Positions 51,101-63,052 of a DNA stretch of 64,000 bases are shown here, piece by piece. The position numbers were made by a program, and so were the translations under genes. Source of the DNA: Klebsormidium nitens (taxonomy: Eukaryota; Plantae; Klebsormidiophyceae); the NCBI GenBank assembly GCA_000708835.1, contig DF236951.1:2388-66387 (forward strand). Reading direction: 5' to 3'. Below the pieces are notes generated by a model. That model did no database searches. It had not been told where the DNA came from and saw nothing but the letters and a program-made list of their open reading frames with translations. Position 1 is the first letter of the stretch; each line of letters starts with the position of its first letter.

Positions 51101-54100
51101 CGCTCACTCTTGTTCCATGTCCATGGCGCGCGCGCGGATGTCGGCCACGACGTTGAGCACGGCTTTCAGGTCGTCCAGGCTGGTGGGCGGCCGCGTCACG
51201 TCCGCCTCCAACTGCGCGATGGCCGCGTGCATGCCCGCGATGCGCTTGCGGTCGCTCTCCGCCATGGCCTGCCCGATCGCCGCCACCCACGCGCGCGCCT
51301 CAGCGCACAGCGCGTCCGCCAGCTGGTGGCTCGCCACGCGCACGAACTCCACGTCCTTCTCCTTGGGCAACTCGGCGATGTCCACCGCGATCTGCGCAGG
51401 AAGGTCGGAGCGGGGTCAGTCAGAGGAGGGGGGGAAGCAAAAAGTATTTCGATGGCCTAACAGCCGAGCCCGCGGTGCACCATCGTCCAAGCAGAGCTGT
51501 TCGAAGTATAACGAAGGCACCTGCCGCCATCCCAGCGCCATTCTGCATGCTATGGCCCTCACCCGGGAGTACTTGGCGAGCTTCTCCTCGAACTCGACGC
51601 ACGTCGGCTGCTTGGCGGCGAACTTGTCGAGCGTGGCGGCCTTGTCCTGCTTCCACAGGTGCTGGTAGCGCCGCCAGCCGTCCACGTGCTTGCTCACGCC
51701 CGCCGTCGCCTTGTGCACCAGCCCCGTCAGCGTCAGCATCGCCTTGATCACCTGCGGGGCAACGCCGCCGGGGAAAGCACGTCAGAGGCCGTCGCTGAGA
51801 CTGACGGAGCAGTTGCAGTAAGAAGACAGCGTCGGGTTGTGTGCATCGTGCTGCCTGAAGAAATGAGTGTTCCAAACCCACTTCTAGACACAGGCTATCA
51901 TAGTACTTGGGATTGCGTCAAAACTGATAGCGGTTTTCCCTGCAAGTCGCACGCTATCTCGCAGGATTCGCCTGCTTTCAAGCCGTATACTTATATTGGA
52001 TATCGACAAACCCTTGCTGCGGTTTCTATCCGATCGAGAGGCTAGTGTTGAGATGTCGGGCGGGAACTCGGCATTCGTGACGGAGGCCATATGCTTCCGG
52101 TACGCCGGCTTATTGACCATGCCGTGCTAAGCGCTTATTGCGAGATAGTGCGCCACAGGCAGCGTCGACCGGGATCAGGTTTGACGCAAACCCCAGTAGT
52201 ACAGACAGTCTAGACCTTTCAATTATGTTTGCGAAGACGTCCTTGAAAGCCTACAGCATGTGCCCCAATCTAAAGGCTTGAATGTTGGCAGGGCGTGTTT
52301 GGAGGGCTGTGCTGACCTGACTGTTGGCGGAAACGTCGTTGTAGAAGGAAAAGATGTACGGCTCCTCGTCGTCTGCGCCCGTCTTCTGCACGCGGCGAAG
52401 TAAGAACGGACTACTCAATTGCGTAGATTGACAGTGTTATCCAGCAACGTATACACCTCTCAGTTTGCCCGCCAAGAGTGCAGCAGTTTTTGAAACTCTG
52501 AACGTGTGAGCCAATCTATTTTGATGGAAGGCAAAGCTTGAGGATCAGCCCGGTAAAATCTAACACCGCAGTACGTAGCGGAGCCTGCATGGAGGGAGGC
52601 TCAAAAGCCCTCACCTGCGGCGGCGTTTCTAAACAGGAGCCGTCCATCCACCGCACAAACGGCTTGGTGCTTTCCACCACGTTGCGCACCTGCACCGCAT
52701 TAGACACTCGTCAGCATTTCGATCTCAGCGCAAGCTATGCACATGCCACCAATTTTGCACTTCAGATTGGCTGTTCGCTCCGAATGCAAGACTTTGATGC
52801 CGGGGCGGGTGGAGCCTGGCACGGCGGCTCACCATCCTGGAGAGGAGCTTAGTGACCTCGCTGACGGCGGGCTGGACCAGGATCTCGGGCGGGCTCAGCG
52901 AGGTGGTCAGCCGGAACAGCATTACGGGCGGGGACGACCGCCCGCCGGACGACTGCACGCCACACGACACGGCACGGCACGTCAGCAACAACCAGAGCAG
53001 CATTAAAGTAGATTCAGGATTTTGACTAGTTTCCAGATGCAGCGTTTGTGTCAATCTCTGACAAAAAGGTCAACCATCTTCTTCAAAAGCAGCCCCTGAT
53101 TGGGAAGACTTGCCGCGGTTGAGCACAAGGTTTCAGTTCTTTAAACCGAGGTCCTGCTTTACTAGACAAGCGCTCGGCTCGCGCTGAAAAGGCGGCGCAC
53201 CTTTCTGGGCTGGCCGGTGAAGAGGTGCTGCAGCTTGGCCATGCCGGCGGCGACGGCCTGGTTGAGCGCGGCGAAGATGCGCCGCTCCCAGAAGGCGTAG
53301 TAGTCCGCCAGCGCAGGGCTGCGCCCGCTGTTGCTGGCCGCCACCAGCTCCTCCACCTTGCCCAACAGCGGCGCGATGCTGCGGTACCTGCACCCACACC
53401 CCCGCAACACGCTCAGCCGCGAGCGGAACCCAGAGTGTGACTGGAGGGGATGCAGTGCGAACTTCGCACGCTCTGAACAATCAACTTCGCCACTTTGGTC
53501 CCTCACTGCACTTGGGTCTTCTACCGCAAGCTCTCCTTACTTGAACACAAGAGAGATTGAATCAGCCACTCTCTGTAAGACGGACTTCTAAAACTCCTCG
53601 GAAGATCCCTTCCAGCAGTCAAATCGCAAATCGCTAATCCTTGCGCGGCGCCCGCTCACTTTTTGAGCATGCCCTCGACAGCCTCGGTGCGCTGCCGCTC
53701 GACGTGCTCGAAGAGCTCCTGCAGGTCCGCCACGTCGCCCTCGCCGGGGGGCGGCGCCTGCACCAGCTTCGACCGGGCCAGCGAGCTGATGGCCTTCTCG
53801 ATGATGGCGCTGTTCTTCTGGATCTGCACAAACGGAAGAGATCCGACTCAGCCTGGAGTGCGGAGCATCCCGTTCATTTGCAGATCGGAAGCACAGAGCC
53901 GCTCCGTGGCAGCTAAGTCACGGCCGTTTTTGATACAGAAGCTTTTCAAGAAATGAAACGTTTCTTGTCCGAGGACCTTGTCCTTCAACTGAAGCCTGAA
54001 ACTTTGATTTTGAAACTCGACCCCATCATAGAAGGGCTTGCATCCTACGGTTCCCGCGCGGGTTGTGCGCGCTGACCTGGTTGACGAGCGCCTGGAACTC

Positions 54101-57100
54101 GTTGATGGCCTTGTTGGCGGCGGCGACGAAGTCCGGGATGCCGAGCGCGTTCCAGTTGAGCGGCGAGAAGCCGGGGTCCAGGCACCGCTCCAGCTGCTCC
54201 AGCTTGCCCGCCAGCAGCCGCCCCTCCGTCGGCGTCAGCACGCCCACCACCGCCCAGTAGTGGCCCAGCATGCCGCCCAGCGCCGCCACGTACCCCACGT
54301 ACTTCTCCTCCTGCGCACGCGCCGCGCATACCCGCCGTCAGCGGGCACGCAGCAGAAAAACCTCGAGGCTACTTTTGACTCAAGCGCAGGCGCTAGGTCA
54401 GGAGTTCTGTCCTGAATGATGATAAAGAGGCCAGAGATATACTTACGCAGCAATTGCATCAATGTCGTGCACCTCTTTCCCAGTAACGTTAAAACTGGAA
54501 GCTACTTTATGCTCAGAGTAACAAGGACAACCGAGCTACAGACTTAAGTCTACCGACATCCTGGTCTATACACAATTACCACATTGAAGGACTACATTCC
54601 GAGTGTTCGAGAGGTACGGCAACTCAGGTGGGCCTTACCTGGAGCGTGATGTTGAGCGCCATTTCCGGGATCTTGAAGCCCATGCGGTCCAGGTAGCGCG
54701 CCTCGCGCATGATGCGCGTGAGGTCCGGGTGGAAGTTGACCACCACGTGGCCGTCGCCCTCGCGGCGCAGGATGGGCTGCTTCAGGTGCGCGAGCGCGAG
54801 CGCGTCCACGGAGGCGGCCCAGCCGGCGAACCACGTTTTCTCGAAGGCCAGCATCTGCTTGGCGAGGCCGACGTAGTTCTTGTGCACCTCGTGCCCCGCC
54901 TCCTCGCTCAGCAGCTGCCCGTCGTCCAGCTTCTGCATCGTCTTGCGCACGCGCCCAAACAGGCTGCGCGCCCACGAGATCGCGCCCGCCACCGGCGGCT
55001 GGTTGCGCGTCGCGGGCGGGGACGCCGCGCGCAGCTCGAACAGCTCGCGCGTGGCGTCGATCTCGCGCGAGAACTGCGCGAGGATGTCGTTGAACTTGTC
55101 CATCATCTGGCGGTTGATGGCGCCCTCGCTCTTGATGCTCTTGAAGTTCTGCAGCAGCTCGAAGGCGCCTTCCGCGCTGCGCAGCTTCTTGAACGACGTG
55201 TCGATGAACGACCGCGTCGCGCGCTCGATGGCCTCCTTGTCCAACGTGAACTTGGCGATCACCGCGGCCCAGTGGCTGGCGAACTTCTTGTCGAACGCGT
55301 GGAACGGCAGCGTCTGAATGGGCTCCACCATGGCGTCCACGCGCTGGATGACGTCATCGATGCCCTGGGGATCCCCCGTGACGGCCTTGAGCTCCGGCCC
55401 CAGGAAGCGGCGGAAGTCGTCCACGACGCCCACCACGCGCCGCACGTCCGCCAGCACGCTCGCCATGTACGCGCTCCTCTCGAACAGCCGCTTCCGGTCG
55501 AACTCCCACCGCGCGTCGCGCCCCGACGCCTCGATGCGCTCGCGCACCTGCGGGAAGCCAGGGGGGACGCCCGTATCAGAGCAGCTGGCGGACACGTCAG
55601 CAAGAGGCATTGACCGAAATGGCGCCACAGTGAGAAGATCCGACTGCTTGTAGTAAAGTGGCTGAAATGCCAGACTAGTGTCTGCCATTACACGAGCAAC
55701 CGCTTGATGCGCATTGTGGGTGAGGTAGCCCGCACCTGCAGGTAGACCTCGCTCCAGGTGTCGAGCACGGCCTTGCCCGTGTCGATGAGGTGCTGCGTCT
55801 CGGTGGGAGGCAGCTGGAAGAGCGTCTTCAGGTCCACCTGCTCCGCCACCTTGTCGCCAATCTGCTCACGCACAGGATTCCCCACGTCAGCACGGCAAGA
55901 CGCATCTCTGGGAAGCGGTATTTGAAACGCTCTTTGGAGTTGCACAGCCACTGCTTTTGGAAACACGGTGTCCTCCAGGATGCATCAGCTCTTGACGAGA
56001 TTGAGCAGTTGGCACTTTGCGGAGCACACCCAGGACGCGAGCGTTTGCCGTTAAAATAAGGTGACATGTGTTGAGGCCCTGAGTTCTTTTGGCTCTCTTC
56101 CCATGGCACAAAGAGCTGCCGGCGGCCGCGGCCGGGGGCGCACCTCGTTGGCGATGCGCTCGAAGAGGTTGCCCATGCGCACGTCGTCGCTGTAGTGGCG
56201 GCTGATGATCCACACCATGCGCAGCGCGTTCATCAGCGGCGGCAGCGTGTCCAAAATGCTCGACAGCGACCCGTGGGCCAGGTTCTGCGGCCCAGCGCAG
56301 GCATACGTCAGCAACGCCCCGTCCCCTCAATCCCAAAGCGAAGTCAAAAGCCGGACCTGCTCTCTGCTTCAGGCGCAGGGCAACACATGTGGGAGAAATA
56401 GCGTCACGGCCAGAACGTTTAGCAGATCTGTGGACCTGAAAAGCTCCATAGGCGAGTAGATTCTTGTTGGCCTAAAGCCGAGAAACGGCCACGGGCAGAA
56501 GCCGGAAGATAAGAGACGCGAGGCCGGGCGTATTGCAGAAGCGTACCTTGAAGTGCCGTTCCAGGGTGCTCAAGAACTTGACGTTGTCTTGCGCTTCTAT
56601 GTACAGTTGGGTCAGCTCATTGGACTGCACACACGCGAGACCACCGCCGCCCGTCAGAAAAAGAATTTTGTCCAGCGATCCGCCCATTTGTGATTAAGCT
56701 GAATCTGGAATAGCTATTAGAAGTTGGTTTTGCAAGCAGTGGGTTCGATTCATCCAACCTTAGATGTCACTCCTCGATGCCCGGATCCCTCGTGTTCTTC
56801 CTAACCGGGCCCAAAAGCAAGCCGGCTGTTGTGGCACTCAGGCCCTCCAGAAGCTACCGGTGTGGACAGGTGTGCCTTCCCCTTCGCAAATGGCTGCTTC
56901 CAACCGGCGCTTAGCCTCATTCTTCAGCCGTCCCAGCCACAACAATTGTGCGCCTGGCATGAGCGCCGCTGCGCTTCCGCCACTGACCTGCGCCTTGAAG
57001 CGCATGAGCAGGTTGGCGTCCCCGCTGCCGGCCTCCAGCGTGGCCACCACCTTCTTGGCCTGCGGCGTGTTCAGCTGCTCGTACAGGCTGCCCAGCGACG

Positions 57101-59165
57101 CGTTGCGCTCGCGCCAAAACTCAATCTCCGCCAGGGGCCCCTTCCCCTGGGGCACCTTGCCCGCCTCCTTCTGCAGCGCCGCCCCCAGCAGCACTGTCCA
57201 CTCCGCCGTCGCCTCCTCCAGCTGCGGGGCACAAAGAGACGGGCGTGATGATCACCGAGATCAGCATGGACGGCTCCATGTTGAGTCCAATGAGGGCTGC
57301 GAAAATAGTCCCATTATTGCGTCTTCCCGTTGCAGCTTTTCAACCGATGCTTTCAGAAAGGCCAAACAAGTTCTCCCGGCCTGCTAGTTGCGTGCGCTTC
57401 TGTTGTCACCCAATTTGCGTGCGCTTCTGTTGTCACTAGAGCCGATTAGAACCAGTCCTCTCTCGTCTGATGTGAACGACAACCCATTTAGACCAGCCCG
57501 GAGGGGCCGATTGATTGCAGTGGAGGAGCGCACCTTGAGGAGGAGGTCCGAGTCGGCGGCTGCTTCAGCGACATTGTCAATGGTGACGCGCGTCATAACC
57601 AGCTGGACGTCCCCTGTCAACTGCTGGCTCACGTGGGCCACCTGGGGGCCCACAACAGAACACGCCCAGTCAGAGGGCTGGTGCACCATTGCACTTCGAA
57701 AGAAATCAATAGCAAACGCTGCGGTGCCAAGAAGCCCACCGCCAGCCAGTAAAACAACATTGGGCAGACAGAACAACGAAAGGATACATGACCTCAAATG
57801 TGCATGAGATATGACCACTTTCAAACTAATGGCATTGATGTCCGATGTCATGCGGTGTCAAGAGCACCCGAATGCTAGGTCACAAAGCTGCTTCAAAATG
57901 GTTTGTACCTGCGCTGCGAACTTGTGCATGCTGCTCAGGAGTTCATTCCTGGATGTGTCACCCTGCTTGCCGGCAGCCCCAGCCTCACCACCCTGCTTCT
58001 GCCGGGCCCCCGCAGAGGACAGCATGGGCAGGTAGATCTGAGATAGCAGCTGCACATGCACACGCAGACACCCACAGAGGATCGATGATGCTCTTACAGG
58101 CGGCCAAACTTGGGAGAACGGGGCCGATGGGGATCAGGCATCAGGCCAACCTCAGTGCCAACAGCCCAGGTGTACAAGCAATGGGTCGAAGAGAGCCACT
58201 GGTTGTGGCTTTCTTACCCCTTAATGGGGATGGCTTGATACAGAAGTGTTGATAGCTTTCACAAGCATTCCAAGGATGGTGCATTGGCGATAGCATTTGA
58301 AAAGACCGGCAGAGGGGCACTATCAAAGAACCCTCCAGAAGACACCAGCCACTTCTTAGGCCAGCGCGTCACGCCTTACCACTTCCAGCGCACGCAGCGA
58401 CGGCCCCTCGGCCAGCACCCCACACTCAATCCCGTCCTTTGAACGAAGCTTCCCCGCCTCTTTCTTGGTAAAGTACACCGCCCGCCCTGCAGTGCCCTCT
58501 GGTAGGGTGCCCGTGCATGCCCGCAGCTCCACCACTGTTTCCACCTCCACTGCCTCCTGCGGTGGTGGGCCGGCCTCCTCCGCTTCCGCCACTTTCCCAT
58601 CAGACTCCGTTGCCTCAGCGAGGGGCTCCGGGTGTACTAGCGCCGACTCTCTGCGTGAGCTGGCCGCCAGCGTGGACGCCCGCCTCGAGGGCCCCGCCAA
58701 TGCAGCCACAGAGAGCCGGCCGCTGCTCGACTCCCGTGGGACAATGCCGCTTATCCGCGCTGCGAGCGCCGAGCCATCGCTGGTGCCCGCATTGCTTCCG
58801 CTCGCCCCGTCTGCAGGCTGGCTCGCCTCCCCAGCTGTTTCTCTGCTTCCCTCCTCTTCTGTGGACTTTGTGGGTGACTCCCCGTCTTCCTCTGTGACAT
58901 CCTCCCCCTTTGGAGCAACGCCAGACGCTTCTTTCTTCCTGATGACTTCGGTCCTGACCTCGTACACCAGCAGTGGGGTGTCAGCAGCTCGTTCATCCTC
59001 CAGAAAGGCTGTGATGGCAGCCTGACCATCGGCGGAGCTAGCTAGCTGGGCGAACAGGGCCTCGTCCAGCCCTAGCCCGACACATGTTTTGGACTTGAGC
59101 AATTCGGTCAACGCATCCCGCCCACTCACGGATGGGCCACCGGCAGGGACACCCAAGCTGCCCAT
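33194..59165 (-). CDS. DNAH10: Axonemal dynein heavy chain, inner-arm I1/f 1-alpha type (DNAH10 / Chlamydomonas DHC1-IDA1 orthologue), ~4650 aa, ~41 exons
   Basis: The exon chain from [10 protein letters not shown] (59165) to [15 protein letters not shown] (33194) is phase-consistent. P-loops [10 protein letters not shown] (AAA1), GQTGGGKS (AAA2), GDSGTAKS (AAA3), GVGGSGKQS (AAA4). Also CFDEFNR, stalk coiled coil with microtubule-binding domain, LALGQGMGP-type AAA6 motif, and C-terminal [18 protein letters not shown] typical of the 1-alpha/DNAH10 class. Subfamily call is from recalled motifs. Confidence 0.93.
39637..39974 (-). other. Non-canonical GC-AG intron in the dynein heavy-chain gene
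   Basis: The upstream exon ends ..GCG CTC CAC AG|GCAAGG and the downstream exon starts gcgcag|C GTG GCG AGC, giving WPEEALHSVASVFL. No phase-compatible GT donor nearby. Confidence 0.85.
57388..57436. repeat. Perfect 22 bp direct duplication in a dynein intron
   Basis: ttgcgtgcgcttctgttgtcac at 57388-57409 and 57415-57436. Confidence 0.9.
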
Positions 59166-59462
59166 GGTACGCTCAATGTGGTCAACTTTCAGCTGCCGGC
59201 TTCATTTGATGGAGCGGATGGTTACAATATACGAGCTCCTGCAGACAGCTTGAAGGAAGGCGCGCGAGGGACTTTCTTCAATGGCCTACAGGGCCCCGGC
59301 AATGACACTCTACAGCTTTGAGCAGAAGGAGTTGCAAAAGGACCAACACATTTATCGAGAGAGATCAGTGCTGGTACTCTAATCATCCGGCCCTCGTGCA
59401 GTGTTGTAAAATTTGCACTGCCCCAAGCGCGCCACAGCAGTCCATAAAGAATCCAACTCTGC

Positions 59463-59611
59463 TACGGTAGAAGCAGCTTCCTTCCCAATGCAGCATGATC
59501 TTGATGGACTTGAGTATCTCGTGTACAGTGTACATACTGTAACGTTGTCTAGGTTACAAGTACCTACGGTAATACCGTACACTTACGGCACTAGATATAG
59601 CCTCTAGGTAC
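59463..59611. promoter_or_regulatory. Motif cluster upstream of the dynein ATG (TACGGTA, a 15 bp palindrome TACGGTA-a-TACCGTA, CTAGGTAC)
   Basis: TACGGTA 59463-59469 and 59565-59571, TACCGTA 59573-59579, CTAGGTAC 59604-59611. These lie 300-450 bp upstream of the ATG at 59165. Confidence 0.45.
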
Positions 59612-59953
59612 TGTACTGCGGCAGGCCAGCTGCATTTATTCTAGCGCTGGCCCGAACCATGAAACCAGAATATCTTTACGTAACAGGCAATGCAAATCCC
59701 ACCCGAAATATCAAGTTATAACGCTCGCGTAGAATCTTTTATGGCAAATCGACGACTCTCTTATGCTGTGGCTCTCAAATAAGGGCTACGATCCCGTCCG
59801 AATAACTCGACCCAAAGATTGTACGGTAGATGTGCGTATACCGGTAACAACGTAGAGTTCACTGCCACTGCATTCAGTGGTACCGAAATTGGCCCCGTCT
59901 GCTATATCCTACAGAATTTTGCATGGGGCATCCGATTCGATTTTTGGTTTAGC

Positions 59954-60001
59954 TTAGCTAAATTTTGCTCGCTATTAAAGTTGTAGCAAATGTTTAGCTA
60001 A
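59954..60001. repeat. AT-rich hairpin (16/17 bp arms, 15 nt loop)
   Basis: ttagctaaattttgct (59954-59969) pairs with agcaaatgtttagctaa (59985-60001), with one bulge and one mismatch. Confidence 0.7.
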
Positions 60002-60149
60002 TAGTATACCTAAACCCGAGCCCATGCAGGGTCAACTTCAACGTGATAGGTACTGTATCTGGGTCATATCAGGGCCCGTGAAGGTTTGACATCCTCCTCG
60101 CTGGGATCTAGGCCAAACCCAAGCATGCATGGAGGTCTTGCATGCTTGC

Positions 60150-60790
60150 AACACTAAGTTGAATGAGGAGAAGAAGCTCGGCTATAGCAATACTGTCGGC
60201 CATTGTTGCAAATGAATTAAAACCCAAAAGCGACAAACAACAAAATTTTTGGGAGCATCGGTCCAGAGTGTTGTGCATCGACGGCTCCAATAAACGGAGC
60301 TTCTGAAAGAGACATATACGAGAGTACTAATATGGCCAAGATGTCTTCGTTGTCACCGACGAACCATCTTATGATGGAAAAACCTTCTCGACATGGTCTC
60401 CTTTGAGTTACATAAGACGCCTCATGATCCGGAAAAAGGATGGGGTGGACATCCCGAACTGCGCAAGCCCACCTCTGACCTATGTGACAAATACATCCAC
60501 AATGCTCGCGGTATATCAAGAGGGTTTCCAAGCCTTTACCAACTCGCACGGACGAAGTAAACTAAACTGATATATAAAAAGCAATGGCCGAGGTGATGAG
60601 AAAAAGGCGATCTTTGATGAAGCTCAGCGGAAGTCCATACTTGCCTTGTCATCGAACCATTTTCCACAAAGAAGTCTCGTGTAGTCATAACGGGATGCAT
60701 CGGAGTAAATACACTAGAAGAGAGGGGCTTGGACCTCGAGACTCATCTCTATCGAGTAACAGCATCAATGATTAGGACCAAAACAAGCAC
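60150..60790 (-). mobile_element. Decayed Ty3/gypsy integrase-core remnant
   Basis: Minus-strand fragments in integrase order: LIIDAVT (cf. VVDRLTK), FFVEN..KYGLPLSFIKDR (cf. HGLP.SI.SDRD), FH..DG (cf. FHPQTDGQ), LLEPSMHNT (cf. LAEFAYNNS), LLGFN. Many frameshifts. Confidence 0.5.
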
Positions 60791-61007
60791 CACATTAGAG
60801 GCACCCAGCAATACTGCAGTCTCACTGATCTTCCCTGCCACTAGCTTTTAGATGTTCGACCAGATGTACAAAAGTCCCCAAGCCTTGCATTTGTGACCTA
60901 TTTCCAATCATTATTCTCTCGAACTACAAAACCTCACCTCAAACCTGCTTACAGCTGAGAGCCAACCACCTAACAGTCTGACAAGAACCCAGTCTGCCCA
61001 CCTACAT

Positions 61008-62972
61008 TCACCTCAGTGCGGGCGTTGACGATGGCGTCGGTGCTGCCTTCGATGCTGCGACTCCAAGCCAGGCCACGGCGATTCCAATCATCACTACCCA
61101 TCCGATGACATCATACTTGAAGTCACTATCGGTCTGCTTCTTTTTCTGCCTTGCAGAAGCCTGTATGAAGACCAAACTGGCACCTTTGTCTGCCGATTCG
61201 AACAAGATTTCAGTGGCTTCGAGTTCATTGCCAAGTTGCTAGATGCTATAATCACATCGTCAGCCCAACTTGACCAACAAAGAGCACCCAGATTAATCAA
61301 GGAAGTTCGCGCTTTGCGCATGCTCCAACATGGGTCTGAACTTCGACGAAAACTGAGGAGCAACACTGCCGTTTTTCGGACCGATATACTCCACCCCACC
61401 AAGCGTCTGTCAGTCTAGTCCTCTCACCGTTGGCCCCGCTCCCGTCCCGCTGCTGACGGGGGTAATCTCGGCTTCTCGCGCCCGGAGCTCCTCATGCAGC
61501 TCTTGAAAGAGGCCCGGGGCCTGGGAAAACAAGGGTGTCGACAATGAAACGAAGTAAAATAGTCGAAAAGCAATCTACCGGGCTCATACGGGGACACCAC
61601 CTTCATTGCCAGCATGACAGGGAAGGTGTTGCAGAAACAGGCAACGTGAAGGAGACCTAGCAATCCCTGACGAAATTTTCGCTGGGCCTACCTTTGTGGA
61701 CATCTCGAGGCCATGCTTGTACATGGGGTTGTGGGGCTCCTGCAAACACAGGGACGAGCTCAGGGCTGACAAAGGAACTGCCCAACGACCAGCATTGATC
61801 ACCACAGACCAGAACATCCTGTTGCACAGCCACGTACACGACAGGCCCCTGCTTTGGCGGAAGGCGGCCACAAACAATAGATTTGAAGGCTTCATCATCA
61901 TGCTTGGCGGCGGAAACTGCTCTGGCCCTTCATACCTTGGCCCTTAAACTGTGATTTGACAAGACTGGTTATATTGTCTACAACAATGACCACCTTCAAA
62001 CGCCCACACGCTACAGGCAAACAACACTGCCATTTTACCGCCACCTCTGGCAACACAATCGCCAACCTCAGCGTCACTGCCAATGTAGCAAAGGATGCGC
62101 CTGGAAGCCTGCGAGAACTGCCGTACCTCATCCAGAGCTCGTTGGAAGAGCGCATTCGCCTTGTCAAAGAACTTGTTCGCTTCCGAAGCCTCCCGCACCA
62201 TGAAGCCCTGCTGGGTATGTACGTTGCCCAGACACCAGAGGGCATCATGCTTCTTAGGGTTCACTTTGAGCGCCATCTGAAGCTTGGCTGCGGCCTCTGC
62301 AGAGATTCACAGCAAGACTGATCACATATGGGGCAACCACTCTATCACAACTGACGCGATGATTTCAACAGCTGAGAAGATTGCCAAATCCGCAGAAGAA
62401 CCATCAGACCAATCCATCGTCACTGCCGCCAATCCAACCTGCCCACTGCGATCTTAATGCTATGATCAAAGTTCCCATGCGGCTCCAGCATTCAGAGCGT
62501 AAGCGCTCTTTCACTGAGCTCTATCATGAGCACCGTTGCGCGTTCAACAGCTTCTGACAACTTACCGTCCATCAAATTTGAGGAGTCCACTCCAGGAACC
62601 TGAGCGAGCTCCATGAGTGCACCACCCCATCGCGTGAGGTTCTGCATGCAGGAACACACCATGATAAGAATCACAAATGCACCTGCACAAAACCCCTTTA
62701 TCGAGACCATAATCCGCACATTCAGAAAGGGCCAATGTTGAAACCCCCTGTCCACCCAAGCCACCCAAGCAATGCCGACAAAGTCTGTAAGGCACAGGCA
62801 AATAATCCTTCCAATGTAAAATCCAAAGAGGACGCAATGCCGAGACAGTCTCGATAGCATCGTCCCTTACATCTGCATCCTCTGGGTTGTGCTTGTGGAC
62901 CTCTTCCGCATCCTCCCTGGTTTGTTGGAAAAACTGCAGCCTATCGAGGTCCTCTCGCGATAAACCCTCCAT
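61008..62972 (-). CDS. TOM20: Plant-type mitochondrial import receptor TOM20 (TPR domain, C-terminal TM anchor)
   Basis: MEGLSREDLDRLQFFQQTREDAEEVHKHNPEDAD|NLTRWGGALMELAQ..|EAAAKLQMALKVNPKKHDALWCLGNVHT..FFDKANALFQRALDE|EPHNPMYKHGLEMSTK|..SDFKYDVIGWVVMIGIAVAWLGVA..R*. About 6 exons. Confidence 0.93.
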
Positions 62973-63052
62973 CCTTGTGGTAGGCAGTCTCCTTTCCAGT
63001 AAGTTAGAGGCACGAACCTCTTCTCCCCGTCCTTGACGAATGCCAAAAAAAC

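Noticed and set aside
33445-56460. Many long plus-strand and alternate-frame ORFs (up to ~450 aa) overlapping the dynein gene
   Set aside because: They are shadows of extreme GC3 coding exons (few stop codons off-frame or antisense). They track dynein exon boundaries and contain no domain motifs.
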